Shown here piece by piece: positions 42,586-52,613 of a stretch of 64,000 nt of DNA; position 1 is the stretch's first letter; each line of letters opens with the position of its first letter. Below the pieces are notes generated by a model. It was given only the letters and a program-made list of their open reading frames with translations, did no database searches and was not told the DNA's origin. The stretch is from Acutalibacteraceae bacterium (GTDB taxonomy: Bacteria > Bacillota > Clostridia > Oscillospirales > Acutalibacteraceae), in NCBI GenBank assembly GCA_045630765.1, contig JAZQTM010000104.1, forward strand, positions 671 to 64,670, read 5' to 3'. A program made the position numbers and the translations under genes.

Positions 42586-43999
42586 TGCGTTTACCTCCTA
42601 ACAGCCAGGGTTTACGGAGGAACTTGAAGCGAGATACCGACTTGAGCATCAGTCGCGAGCAAGTTACGCCCATAATGAAGTTGAAGATGATACCGGCGAG
42701 CAGCGTGTAACCGAAAGAGTATACGGCGCCGCTGGCGGAAACAGGGAACATAAACAAGAAGGGTTTGAGCAGTTTGGCGAACAACGTGTCAGCAGGACCG
42801 AACACACCCATCAAGACGATGGAGATGATGATAACGGTAATGTTGCCGTCGAAAATAGCCGAGAAGGACTCGCTACAACCGTTGTTGATCGCGCCGTCAA
42901 TGGTGCGACCGCCGCGGATCTGCTCTCTGATACGCTCGGCGGTGATGATGTTCGCATCGACACCCATACCGATCGACAGGATAATACCGGCGATACCGGG
43001 AAGGGTCAACGTAAAGCTGTTGAAGAACGAGAAATATCCCGAAACAACCGCGATGGAACCGGCGACCTGACCGAGCAGGGCAATCACGCCGACAAAGCCG
43101 GGCAAGCGGTAGTACACGATCATAAAAACGGAGATAAGAACGAAGGCGATGATACCGGCGAGTACCATGATCTCCAAAGCACGTTCACCGAGCGTTGCGG
43201 TAACGGTGCTGGTGTTTTTCGCCGTAATGCTGAACGGCAAAGAACCGGAGTTGATCAGATTTGCCAGATCCAATGCTTCCGCGTAATCGGCAAAGCCGCC
43301 CGAGATCTGTGCACTGCCATCGGCAATATGTTCGTTAACGGTGGGGTTGGAGATACACTCGTCATCCAGCCAAATGGAGATCGTGTAGGTAGAACCGCTG
43401 GCACCGTTAAGGTTTGCTTGCTTTTGCGTAGCGGTGGAGAACGCTTCTTTACCGGCGCTATCCAACTCTAAAGAAACGATCGGCGTGTTTTCCTGGTCAA
43501 AGCCGGGGGTTGCCGAGCTTACCAGAGAGCCGTTGAGAACAAAATCCTCTTTACCGGGTTTCTCGGTGGGCAAACCGGCGCTTTCCGATTTGTCGAGATA
43601 GAACTCCAGCAAAGCCGTCTTACCAAGTTCTTCAATAGCAGAAGCAGCGTCAAACTCGGTTTCATTGTTCTTCCACGGGAACCGAATGATAACCTGATCG
43701 TTATCCATATCGGTATACGCCTCGTAGTCGGTAATGTTGTTGGCGATCATACGACGCACGATAACTTCTTTCATCGCTTCGATCTGTGCATCGGTCGCTT
43801 CAATGGTTTCGTCTTCGGGAGCAAAGGTCACTTCGATACCGCCGTTAATATCAATACCGGTTCGAATGTGTGAAGCTCCGCGTATCACCGTGTCCTCTCG
43901 GTCGCCGTAATTGGTGTATATACCAAAGAAGGAAGTATACGCCAAGGCAACGATGAGCAGTGCCACGATGAAAAATACTGGTTTTGGTGTACGCTTCAT
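42575..43999 (-). CDS. secD: Protein translocase subunit SecD
   Basis: A large periplasmic loop is followed by LPGIAGIILSIGMGVDANIITAERIRE, characteristic of SecD. Confidence 0.9.
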   Translation of the reverse strand: MKRTPKPVFFIVALLIVALAYTSFFGIYTNYGDREDTVIRGASHIRTGIDINGGIEVTFAPEDETIEATDAQIEAMKEVIVRRMIANNITDYEAYTDMDNDQVIIRFPWKNNETEFDAASAIEELGKTALLEFYLDKSESAGLPTEKPGKEDFVLNGSLVSSATPGFDQENTPIVSLELDSAGKEAFSTATQKQANLNGASGSTYTISIWLDDECISNPTVNEHIADGSAQISGGFADYAEALDLANLINSGSLPFSITAKNTSTVTATLGERALEIMVLAGIIAFVLISVFMIVYYRLPGFVGVIALLGQVAGSIAVVSGYFSFFNSFTLTLPGIAGIILSIGMGVDANIITAERIREQIRGGRTIDGAINNGCSESFSAIFDGNITVIIISIVLMGVFGPADTLFAKLLKPFLFMFPVSASGAVYSFGYTLLAGIIFNFIMGVTCSRLMLKSVSRFKFLRKPWLLGGKRNDA

Positions 44000-44103
44000 C
44001 GGTCAATCCTCCATCATTTGCATTCCATACAAGAATAGGATCTCATATAGAATCTATTATAGGTGACTTTGCTCAAAAAGTCAATGAAATTCACGGAATA
44101 ATC

Positions 44104-44134
44104 AAAAAACCGCCGTGAAAATCACGGCGGTTTT
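44104..44134 (-). terminator. Terminator after the aminotransferase gene
   Basis: AAAAAACCGCCGTGA-AAA-TCACGGCGGTTTT. Confidence 0.85.
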
Positions 44135-44137
44135 CCA

Positions 44138-45415
44138 TTATTTGTTTAACAGTTTCTTAATACCAACGATCTGTGCACAAATGCAAAACAGATTCATTGC
44201 GGTTTGTAATTCATCGCAAGGCGGGAAGGTGGGGGCGATGCGCAGATTGGCATCGTGCGGATCCTGATGATAAGGATAGGTGGCGCCAGCTCCCGTCAGC
44301 ACCACACCGGCCTCTTTCAGCATACGTACCACTTCTTTGGCGCAACCGTCCATCAACGTAACGCTGACGAAATAACCGCCGTTCGGCGTGTGCCAGTTGG
44401 CAATGCCCGTACCGCCCAGTTGTTCGTTCAGCGTACGCAGAGTAATGTCAAACTTCGGACGAAGAACTGCCGCGTGAAGTTTCATATGCTCGTTGATACC
44501 GTTGATATCGCGGAAGAAGCGAGTATGCCGCAACATATTTTGCTTATCATAGCCGATCGTTTGAACAGACAAACGCTTTTTGATGTCAGCAATGTTCGCA
44601 TCGCTGGCGCCGAGAGCCGCCACACCGGAACCGGGGAAACTGATTTTTGAAGTGGAGGTAAAGCAAACGAAAATATCTTCGTTGTTAGCGGCTTTTGCTT
44701 CGTCAAACAGATTTAAAAGATGATCCGGTGTATCCGTCAAATGATGCACGCAATACGCGTTATCCCACATAATGCGGAAATCGGGTGCCGCAGGCTTTAA
44801 GCGGGCAAAGCGACGTACCGTTTCATCGGAATAGGTGATGCCGTCGGGGTTGGAATACATCGGCACACACCAAATACCTTTCACACTCGGATCTTTGACA
44901 AGTTCTTCCACCACGTCCATATCCGGACCTTCTGCTGTCATGGGAACCGTGACGAGCGTAAATCCGAAATGCTCGGTAACGGCAAAATGACGATCGTAAC
45001 CGGGAGCGGGGCAGAGGAACTTGACCTCGTCCAACTTACACCACGGCGTATGACCGCAAAGACCGGTCGAATAGGCTTGTGCAATATAATCGAACATTAA
45101 ATTCAAACTGGAGTTGCCGCCAACGAGAACGTTCGCTGCAGGCATTCCCAAAATCTCGCCGAAGAGCCGTCTTGCTTCTTCAATGCCGTCCAGGAATCCG
45201 TAGTTGCGGGTATCGGTGTTATTCTCCGTCTTGGCACCGCTGGACGCGTTAACAGTCGTGCAAAGCTCCATTGTCAATTCCAACTGTTCGGTACACGGTT
45301 TGCCGCGGGACATATCCAACTGTAATCCGCGAGCTTTGTAAGCTGCATATTCGGACTCACAGGCCGCTAATCGAGCGGTCAATTGTTCTTTAGTTAAAGA
45401 TGAAAAATCAGGCAC
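44138..45415 (-). CDS. Class I/II PLP-dependent aminotransferase
   Basis: GTG start follows GAGGAG. The PLP-lysine context is FTSTSKISFPGSGVA. 425 aa. Confidence 0.7.
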   Translation of the reverse strand: MPDFSSLTKEQLTARLAACESEYAAYKARGLQLDMSRGKPCTEQLELTMELCTTVNASSGAKTENNTDTRNYGFLDGIEEARRLFGEILGMPAANVLVGGNSSLNLMFDYIAQAYSTGLCGHTPWCKLDEVKFLCPAPGYDRHFAVTEHFGFTLVTVPMTAEGPDMDVVEELVKDPSVKGIWCVPMYSNPDGITYSDETVRRFARLKPAAPDFRIMWDNAYCVHHLTDTPDHLLNLFDEAKAANNEDIFVCFTSTSKISFPGSGVAALGASDANIADIKKRLSVQTIGYDKQNMLRHTRFFRDINGINEHMKLHAAVLRPKFDITLRTLNEQLGGTGIANWHTPNGGYFVSVTLMDGCAKEVVRMLKEAGVVLTGAGATYPYHQDPHDANLRIAPTFPPCDELQTAMNLFCICAQIVGIKKLLNK

Positions 45416-45445
45416 AAAAAACGACTCCTCTCAAATACTTCCCCC

Positions 45446-45474
45446 ATTGTAATGCATATCGTTTGATTTTGCAA
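45446..45474 (-). promoter_or_regulatory. Promoter TTGCAA-17-TACAAT (minus strand) for the aminotransferase gene
   Basis: The reverse complement reads TTGCAA AATCAAACGATATGCAT TACAAT. Confidence 0.5.
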
Positions 45475-45525
45475 GTTAAATTTGCAAAACTTGCAAAAAA
45501 TATTTATTTTTTTGAAAAAATGCAG

Positions 45526-45560
45526 AAAAACGCCCCGCTCGATAACGGGCGGGGCGTTTT
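45526..45560 (-). terminator. Terminator after asnS
   Basis: AAAAACGCCCCGC-TCGATAACG-GGCGGGGCGTTTT. Confidence 0.85.
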
Positions 45561-45571
45561 GAAAATCAAAA

Positions 45572-46966
45572 TTAGAAGTCGGCAGAACCGGTCGTACGGG
45601 GGAAGGGGAGTACGTCGCGGATGTTAGCCATACCGGTGACGTAGAGGATCAGACGCTCAAAGCCCAGACCGAAGCCGGAGTGCTTGGCACCGCCGTAACG
45701 GCGCAGATCCAAATACCACCAATAATCCTCGCGGTTGAGTCCCAATTCGTCCATACGCGCCTCGAGCAGATCCAAACGCTCTTCACGCTGGCTGCCGCCG
45801 ATGATCTCGCCGACACCGGGTACCAACAGATCCATTGCGGCAACGGTCTTGCCGTCGTCGTTAAGACGCATATAAAACGCCTTGATCTCTTTCGGATAAT
45901 CGGTAACGAAGACGGGCGACTTGTATACCTGTTCGGTCAGGAAACGCTCGTGCTCGGTCTGCAGATCGCAACCCCAGTAGACAGGATATTCAAACTCGTC
46001 TTTATGCTGCTCCAAAATCTCGATTGCCTTGGTATAGGTCACGTGAGTGAAATCGGAGTGTACCAACGCGTTCAAGCGCTCCAAGAGATTCTTGTCGTAG
46101 AAGTCGTTAAAGAACTTCATCTCATCGGGGCAGTTTTCCAGCAGATACGAAACCACGTAGGTGATCATATCCTGTGCCAGATCCATATTATCTTCCAGAT
46201 CCGCAAACGCGAATTCCGGCTCGATCATCCAGAACTCGGCGGCATGGCGGGCGGTATACGATTTTTCTGCACGGAAGGTGGGACCAAACGTATAGATCTT
46301 ACCGAATGCCATTGCCATACACTCACCGGCAAGCTGACCGGAAACCGTCAGCGAGGTGTGCTTGCCGAAGAAATCTTGCGTATAATCAACGTCACCGTTT
46401 TCGGTGCGCGGAATATCGTTCAGATCCAGGGCGGTCAGATGGAACATCTCACCGGCGCCCTCACAGTCACTGGAGGTGATGATAGGCGTATGAGCGTACA
46501 CGAAACCACGCTCTTGGAAGAAACGATGGATCGCGTAAGCGGCAACCGAACGCACACGGAAAACCGCGCTGAACGTATTGGTGCGGGGACGCAGATGTGC
46601 GATCGTGCGCAAGAACTCCATCGAATGGCGCTTTTTCTGCAGCGGATAATCCGAGGTGGAAGCACCTTCCACTTCAATTGCCGTGGCGTGCAGCTCGCAC
46701 GGTTGCTTCGCTTCGGGTGTTAATTGCAACATACCGCGCACGCAAAGGGCAGCACCAACGTTCTGATGGCAGATCTCCTCAAAATTAGCGAGCTTCGATT
46801 CTTCAATAATGACTTGCAGATTGCGCTGACAACTGCCGTCGTTTAACTCAATAAAAGCCAGCGATTTGGATTGACGCAACGTGCGCACCCAACCGCAAAC
46901 GGTCAGTTCTTTGTCGCAAAGAGAAGCGGCATCCGCATAAACAGCGGCGATTTCATTTCGTTTCAT
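45572..46966 (-). CDS. asnS: Asparagine--tRNA ligase
   Basis: A class IIb synthetase with an OB-fold N-terminus ([21 protein letters not shown]). Motif 3 and the tail read [30 protein letters not shown] at 46966 is preferred over TTG at 46987. Confidence 0.85.
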   Translation of the reverse strand: MKRNEIAAVYADAASLCDKELTVCGWVRTLRQSKSLAFIELNDGSCQRNLQVIIEESKLANFEEICHQNVGAALCVRGMLQLTPEAKQPCELHATAIEVEGASTSDYPLQKKRHSMEFLRTIAHLRPRTNTFSAVFRVRSVAAYAIHRFFQERGFVYAHTPIITSSDCEGAGEMFHLTALDLNDIPRTENGDVDYTQDFFGKHTSLTVSGQLAGECMAMAFGKIYTFGPTFRAEKSYTARHAAEFWMIEPEFAFADLEDNMDLAQDMITYVVSYLLENCPDEMKFFNDFYDKNLLERLNALVHSDFTHVTYTKAIEILEQHKDEFEYPVYWGCDLQTEHERFLTEQVYKSPVFVTDYPKEIKAFYMRLNDDGKTVAAMDLLVPGVGEIIGGSQREERLDLLEARMDELGLNREDYWWYLDLRRYGGAKHSGFGLGFERLILYVTGMANIRDVLPFPRTTGSADF

Positions 46967-47050
46967 ACGTTCCAGTTCCTTTACCAAAAATTATCCATAC
47001 AGGACATTATACCAAATTTTATTCAGAAAACAAGAGTAAATCAAGAATTT

Positions 47051-48808
47051 CTATGTTGTTTGCCGATATAAAATCAAAAGTTCGTCGGTAGTCTTCCACA
47101 CCTCATACCCGTTTTGCAGGCAGGTATCACGATACGTTTTGGAGAAGGTAGCATAATTGTTGCGCATATCCAACGCGACGTAATCAGTATCGGGATTCTC
47201 GTGATAAAAGTCCTCATAGATCACATCGCGTTGTGCCAGGTGTGCTACCAACATCGTGGAGGCAGTGACCGAAGCCTCTTGCGGGATTTCATCCAGCACG
47301 GCTTCCATAGCGATGTACGTATCGCTGTCATTGATCCATCGACCGACGTAGGTTTCGATTTTAGGCATCACGATCATTGCGTATAAGAAGCAAGAGGAAA
47401 CCACGCTGAACAACAAAAGATTGCGTTGCTTGGAGAGCGGTCGCTCGCTAATGTTCTGTACGTATAAATAGAAACAAAAGGCGAGAGAAGCAAAACTGTA
47501 CTGAAAGCCGATGTCGTATTGATGCACAAAGCCGGACAACAAATTCAGCAAAATCGGCGCCAGTAACAAATAACGGCTACACTGCTTGGTTCGCCATAAC
47601 ACCGCTCCAAACGGCAACAACATCTGTAACAAATAGATCGGCTTTTCGGTGGCGGTGTTGACAAAGGATACCACCAGGTCCAAGAAATAAGCGGGGGCCC
47701 GCAACAAAGTTTGCCAAAATCCGCCGACGGTTTTTGCCTCGTCAAATAAGGCACTGTAACGTCCGATCATTGTGCCGGTGCCAAAGGTATTGAGTAAAAA
47801 TACCGCTAAGGCGAAATACAGCAAAGCACCGCCGATCAGTGGCACCGCCGTGCGGTGATCTTTGCGGGAAAACAAAAGATATACACCGAAGATCACAAGG
47901 AAAACAGCGGCATCTTCTTTTACCAGTAAAATGAGAACTGCTACGACGATCAGCCGGCGTCTACGATCCGTTTCATAGCAGTAAAACAACCACAGTAACA
48001 GCGGAAGCAGAAAGCAGTTTTCGTGCAGGTCATACGAGCAACCGGCGCTGACGGCAGGATGTGCAACGTACAGCAGCGCGAACAGGGCAGTATACTTATA
48101 CGGCAACCGAAAATGCTGTGCCAACAAATACACGGGCAAAATACCGCTTGCCAGTATAACGGCTTGAGCGATCTGCAACGTAACCGGTGAGGGAAACAGC
48201 ATATAGAACGGTAACAGAAGGTAATAGATGGGGGAAATGTGAACGGCAAAATGCGAGAGAAGCATATCGCGTTCGGCGGTGGTAAGCGGCAAAAAGCGTT
48301 CCTTCATATTGTGGAACATCTGGCAAAACAGACCAAAATCAAAGTTTGGTGAAGCAAAGGTGTAATACCGCATCACCGTGAAAGAACCGATTCCCACAGC
48401 TAACACGACGCCAAGAATCAACACCCATATACGGCACGCTTTGGCGGATAAATCATTTCCGCCGACGAGCGAGGTCGAGGTGCTTTTGAGTATCGGCAAG
48501 GTGATCAATACGACGGCAAGCAGCACGATCAGCAGATATGCATACGGTGCTTCCCCCGCGTAGCGATAGACCGACACCAGTCCGTATGAAACCGCACTGC
48601 CGCACAAGACCCAATTGTCGAGCGAGGGTAAGTAACCGTAAATTTTCAAGAACCCGAGTGCTGCGAAAAGTAGTATAAACAATGCCGAAAAGAGCAAAGA
48701 GGGGATGCGAAACCAGATCTCACAGCATTTGAACAACGTGCAAAGGCACAGCCAACTGCCGAGCAGCCGCTTGATACAAGGGATGGGCGAGAGCAGTTCC
48801 TTTAGCAC
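47051..48808 (-). CDS. DUF2079-like polytopic membrane protein (glycosyltransferase-C-like)
   Basis: More than 10 hydrophobic spans. The segment NFDFGLFCQMFHNMKERFLPLTTAERDMLLSHFAVHISPIYYLLLPFYMLFPSP matches my memory of DUF2079. Confidence 0.55.
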   Translation of the reverse strand: MLKELLSPIPCIKRLLGSWLCLCTLFKCCEIWFRIPSLLFSALFILLFAALGFLKIYGYLPSLDNWVLCGSAVSYGLVSVYRYAGEAPYAYLLIVLLAVVLITLPILKSTSTSLVGGNDLSAKACRIWVLILGVVLAVGIGSFTVMRYYTFASPNFDFGLFCQMFHNMKERFLPLTTAERDMLLSHFAVHISPIYYLLLPFYMLFPSPVTLQIAQAVILASGILPVYLLAQHFRLPYKYTALFALLYVAHPAVSAGCSYDLHENCFLLPLLLWLFYCYETDRRRRLIVVAVLILLVKEDAAVFLVIFGVYLLFSRKDHRTAVPLIGGALLYFALAVFLLNTFGTGTMIGRYSALFDEAKTVGGFWQTLLRAPAYFLDLVVSFVNTATEKPIYLLQMLLPFGAVLWRTKQCSRYLLLAPILLNLLSGFVHQYDIGFQYSFASLAFCFYLYVQNISERPLSKQRNLLLFSVVSSCFLYAMIVMPKIETYVGRWINDSDTYIAMEAVLDEIPQEASVTASTMLVAHLAQRDVIYEDFYHENPDTDYVALDMRNNYATFSKTYRDTCLQNGYEVWKTTDELLILYRQTT

Positions 48809-48847
48809 GGTGAGACCTCCTTTTCATAATCTGTTAAACGCGTAGTG

Positions 48848-50083
48848 TTAATTTGCCGTAGTGGTCGTTTCGGTGTTCGTGGTAGTCGTCGTATCAGACG
48901 TATCAGTAGAAGTGTCGGGTGTTTCCGATTCCTCAATAATATTCGTCAGTGCGACGGCCTTCCATTCGTCGTCCACTTGCACAAACATCAGACGGCAGTG
49001 GAACGGTGCGCCGTCAATTTCGGTCTTACCCAAATAATATTTGGGCTGGAAACTGATCTCGCAAGCAAAATCAGTGCTTGTAAATTGTGAATAGGATAAC
49101 AGCTTTACATCCGTAAAGTCGTAAGAGGTATGTCCCGTGAACCACTGATTGTCAAAGCGAAGGATGGTCTGATACAGATCGCTGCTTTTGTGAATGACCT
49201 TGAGGAGATCGTTCTTTTTGGCGTCACGCGCCACAAATTTTGCGTACAGGAACGCCGTGTCCTGCGCAAGTGCTTCACGCTCGGTACGCAATACCTCTGC
49301 CACGGGTTGGTAAACCTCGTACACGTAATCGCCTGTTTGCGCGACCTCACAAGCATCACCGCTTAACGTCAGTGCTTCAACAGTGGGAGGATTCAAGAGA
49401 TTCTCCAGGGTGTATTGGTAAACCACGGGCAGATCCTCGGTTGCGCTCATACCGCTCCACACCGTTTCCTGTGCGGGCACACTCGGCAAGTTTAAGAGAG
49501 CGGCATCCACTCCGTTGACCGTGATACGCATCGTGTCTGCGGCAATGATGGAAACAGGGGGTAAATATTCCACTTCCGTGACATAGTTCCACGCCGTTTC
49601 ACCCCACTCGGGGTTTTTGATCAGCGTGAGATTGCTTACGCGCTTGTTGTCAATGTAGATAGTATAGTCTTTTTGTTCCTCCGTGGAGGTGATCTTTTCC
49701 CGTACGGAAAGGGTAGAAAGATCTCCGTCATACAAACGCTCAAGATATTTGAAGAATTCCTGCTTGGTGTTCAAAATCGTTTCCTCAAATTCCGAAGCGG
49801 CGTAGATGGATTCGTAATCACCATCCTGTATCCATTGCAAGTAATTTGCCAAAGCGGCACTCGACGTTCCCGCTTCGTATACTTTTAGGTGGTTATAGAA
49901 AAACCATAACGCGACGGTGATGCATACCAACAGCACGGCGGAATAAATGGCCAGCACTTTCCCGAATTTTCGTTTTTTCGGGGGTGTGGCGTTATCGGGA
50001 TCCGGATATACCGGCACTTCCATTACCGTATCTTCCGCCTGAATGTCGTTGGGTTGTTCTTGTAAAATGGTATTTTCAGTCAT
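48848..50083 (-). CDS. Single-pass membrane protein of unknown function with Thr-rich C-terminal tail
   Basis: One TM helix (VLAIYSAVLLVCITVALWFFY), an unassigned external domain and the tail TSTDTSDTTTTTNTETTTTAN. Confidence 0.5.
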   Translation of the reverse strand: MTENTILQEQPNDIQAEDTVMEVPVYPDPDNATPPKKRKFGKVLAIYSAVLLVCITVALWFFYNHLKVYEAGTSSAALANYLQWIQDGDYESIYAASEFEETILNTKQEFFKYLERLYDGDLSTLSVREKITSTEEQKDYTIYIDNKRVSNLTLIKNPEWGETAWNYVTEVEYLPPVSIIAADTMRITVNGVDAALLNLPSVPAQETVWSGMSATEDLPVVYQYTLENLLNPPTVEALTLSGDACEVAQTGDYVYEVYQPVAEVLRTEREALAQDTAFLYAKFVARDAKKNDLLKVIHKSSDLYQTILRFDNQWFTGHTSYDFTDVKLLSYSQFTSTDFACEISFQPKYYLGKTEIDGAPFHCRLMFVQVDDEWKAVALTNIIEESETPDTSTDTSDTTTTTNTETTTTAN

Positions 50084-50097
50084 AGATAACCCTCCCG

Positions 50098-51111
50098 TCA
50101 GACCACAATGAGAGCGGTCGGCAATTTGCGCAAACCGCCGAAAGAGTAGCGATGATTGATGATTTCTCCGTTATACAGCATAGCGGTAGAGGTACCGCCG
50201 TCAAGGTTGGCGGCGTTGATGGCACCGTATTCCATCATCACTTCAATGCAATCCTTATAAGTCGCACCGATGCTCTGCGGTTGCCGTCCGTCGATGACTA
50301 AAATGAGCACGGCACCGTCCGCACGTTGTCCGACAACGGTACGGGGGTTAACACCGCCGCTCACACCGGCGATTTCAGCAGGTGTTCCGTTTATGATAAA
50401 GGCGGGACCAAAGCTGACCGCATCGCGCATATTCTGCTGTAAAGCTTTTTGGGCGGACATTCTGCCCACGATCAAACGATTGTCATAGTCGAAACCGACA
50501 ACGGAGGAAACGTCACTCGCGGACCCGTATACCAACTTACCGTCGCGAATGACGATGCCGGTCGGTAAGCCCCCGAGTCCTTTACCTTCCTCATCCCAAA
50601 AGCCGCCACCGTTTACCGCGGCGACAGCGTTGTTTTCCTCGGCAAATTTATACAAGTTTTTCCCGACAACGGTTTCGCCAAAGGTAGTCAGCGAAGAAAA
50701 CTTCACTCGTGACGGATCGTGCACGATCATCATTTTTCCGGAATAGGCGGCACCGCTGATATTGATTACTTCGATCGTTTGCGGATCAATGTCATCGTCC
50801 TTTTCGGTAAACTCGGTGGTGTTATCCGTGCTTTCCTCGGTTTCAATAACGGCATTCCCCGAAGTAATCTCCTTGAGTTCCTCTTCGGAAAGGAAGATCG
50901 AAGGCACAAATTTCATGGCACTGGTTTCCAAAAGGCTGTGAACGAACAAATTGCGCGCCGTCGGAGATGGACCTTTGAACAGTACCCAACAAACGCCGAC
51001 CACTGCGATCAGCAATGCGAGTAACGTTATTCCAAACATCGCAAAAAAACGACCGATAAATCGTCCGAAAGCAGCACCCTTCGAATTGCGTTGCATACTA
51101 ACTTCACCCAT
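50098..51111 (-). CDS. Phosphodiester glycosidase (NAGPA/DUF2233) family protein, membrane anchored
   Basis: An N-terminal TM helix is followed by AAVNGGGFWDEEG, GIVIRDGKLV and RTVVGQRADGAVLILVIDGRQ ... AANLDGGTSTAM. Confidence 0.7.
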   Translation of the reverse strand: MGEVSMQRNSKGAAFGRFIGRFFAMFGITLLALLIAVVGVCWVLFKGPSPTARNLFVHSLLETSAMKFVPSIFLSEEELKEITSGNAVIETEESTDNTTEFTEKDDDIDPQTIEVINISGAAYSGKMMIVHDPSRVKFSSLTTFGETVVGKNLYKFAEENNAVAAVNGGGFWDEEGKGLGGLPTGIVIRDGKLVYGSASDVSSVVGFDYDNRLIVGRMSAQKALQQNMRDAVSFGPAFIINGTPAEIAGVSGGVNPRTVVGQRADGAVLILVIDGRQPQSIGATYKDCIEVMMEYGAINAANLDGGTSTAMLYNGEIINHRYSFGGLRKLPTALIVV

Positions 51112-51231
51112 TCTTTCGAAATACTAAACTAAAGACTATAATACTATATTTATCGACGTCTTGTCAATCGTTTCGTACTTTACAGACCGGCTTTGAAATG
51201 ATATACTCATAGGCAGAAAGGAGGCGACGTT

Positions 51232-52578
51232 ATGCAACTACCGCCGTATGTTTCAAAAACACTGTTTGCGTTAGAGAGTGCCGGCTTTGAGGCTTATGTT
51301 GTCGGTGGTTGTGTACGTGACAGTCTTCTTGGGTTAACGCCGCATGATTTCGACCTGTGCACCAACGCGTTACCCGAACAGATCACAGCAGTTTTTTTAA
51401 CACAAACCGTGATTCCAACGGGTATTCGGCACGGTACGGTGACGGTGATCGCGGAGGAACACCCGCTGGAGATCACTACCTACCGTACGGAGGTCGGTTA
51501 TCAGGATCATCGCCATCCGGATACCGTACAATTTGTCAGTACGATTGAACAAGATCTCGGTCGTCGCGATTTTACGGTCAACGCCATAGCGTATCATCCG
51601 ACTCGCGGAATGGTCGATCCGTTTGGTGGGGCAGACGATATCAAGCAGCGGTTATTGCGTGCGGTCGGGGATCCCGCCAAGCGTTTTGAAGAAGATGCGC
51701 TGCGTATGTTGCGCGCCTTGCGTTTTGCTTCGGTATACGGCTTGGAAATCGAGCAAAAGACAAAAACCGCGCTGCTTGATTGTGCACCGCTTTTAACGGA
51801 GATTGCCGCTGAACGCGTGGGTGCGGAACTGGGTCGGATGCTGACAGGGGAGTATATCGGCAAAGTGCTTTTTGATCTGTATCCCGTATTGTTTCCTATT
51901 TTGCCGGAACTGAAAGCCGCACAAGGGGTGGACCAACATAGCCGTTACCATCACTTGGACGTTCTTATGCATATTTTGACGTCGGTGACGTCTGCCGATG
52001 CGGATACTACCGTACGGTTAGCGGCGTTGTTGCACGATATCGGAAAACCGCATTGTTTTTCGCTTGACAATAGGGGGAACGGACATTTTTACGGTCACGC
52101 AGAGATCGGAGAGCGTGTGGCACGGGATATTCTCTCTCGCTTGCGCTTTGATAAAAAGACTATCGAAGATGTTTGCTTGTTGATCCGTTATCACGATACG
52201 ACAATTGAGCGGACCGATAAAGCAGTGGGACGTTGGATGAATCGTTTGGGTGTACCGCTGTTGCGAAAATTACTGGTACTCAAACGCGCAGATACGATGG
52301 CGCACGCTGTTGAATTGATGGATGGGCGTTTGCAGGAGTTGCACGACATTAACGAGCGGATCGATACCTTACTTGCACAACAAGCGTGTTTCTCCCTTAA
52401 GGATTTGGCGGTAAACGGCAGCGATCTTATGACCATTGGCATTCCACAGGGAAAAGCGGTCGGTGAATGCCTTTCGTGGCTTTTGGACGAGGTGATGGAT
52501 CAGCACTTCGAAAATGAAGCCACCGTTTTGTTGGATGCGGCACGAAAAAGACTTGATTATTTTGCAAAAAAACGATAG
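51232..52578 (+). CDS. cca: CCA tRNA nucleotidyltransferase
   Basis: Head-domain motif GGCVRDSLLGLTPHDFDLCT, then RRDFTVNA, plus an HD region LLHDIGKP. Confidence 0.85.
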   Translation: MQLPPYVSKTLFALESAGFEAYVVGGCVRDSLLGLTPHDFDLCTNALPEQITAVFLTQTVIPTGIRHGTVTVIAEEHPLEITTYRTEVGYQDHRHPDTVQFVSTIEQDLGRRDFTVNAIAYHPTRGMVDPFGGADDIKQRLLRAVGDPAKRFEEDALRMLRALRFASVYGLEIEQKTKTALLDCAPLLTEIAAERVGAELGRMLTGEYIGKVLFDLYPVLFPILPELKAAQGVDQHSRYHHLDVLMHILTSVTSADADTTVRLAALLHDIGKPHCFSLDNRGNGHFYGHAEIGERVARDILSRLRFDKKTIEDVCLLIRYHDTTIERTDKAVGRWMNRLGVPLLRKLLVLKRADTMAHAVELMDGRLQELHDINERIDTLLAQQACFSLKDLAVNGSDLMTIGIPQGKAVGECLSWLLDEVMDQHFENEATVLLDAARKRLDYFAKKR

Positions 52579-52613
52579 AATATAGGGTAATGTTTTTTAC
52601 GGAGGGTACCTTT

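Noticed and set aside
46967-47050. T-box leader upstream of asnS.
   Set aside because: The intergenic space before the next gene is under 90 nt. That is far too short for a T-box riboswitch, and no specifier or antiterminator-like structure is visible.
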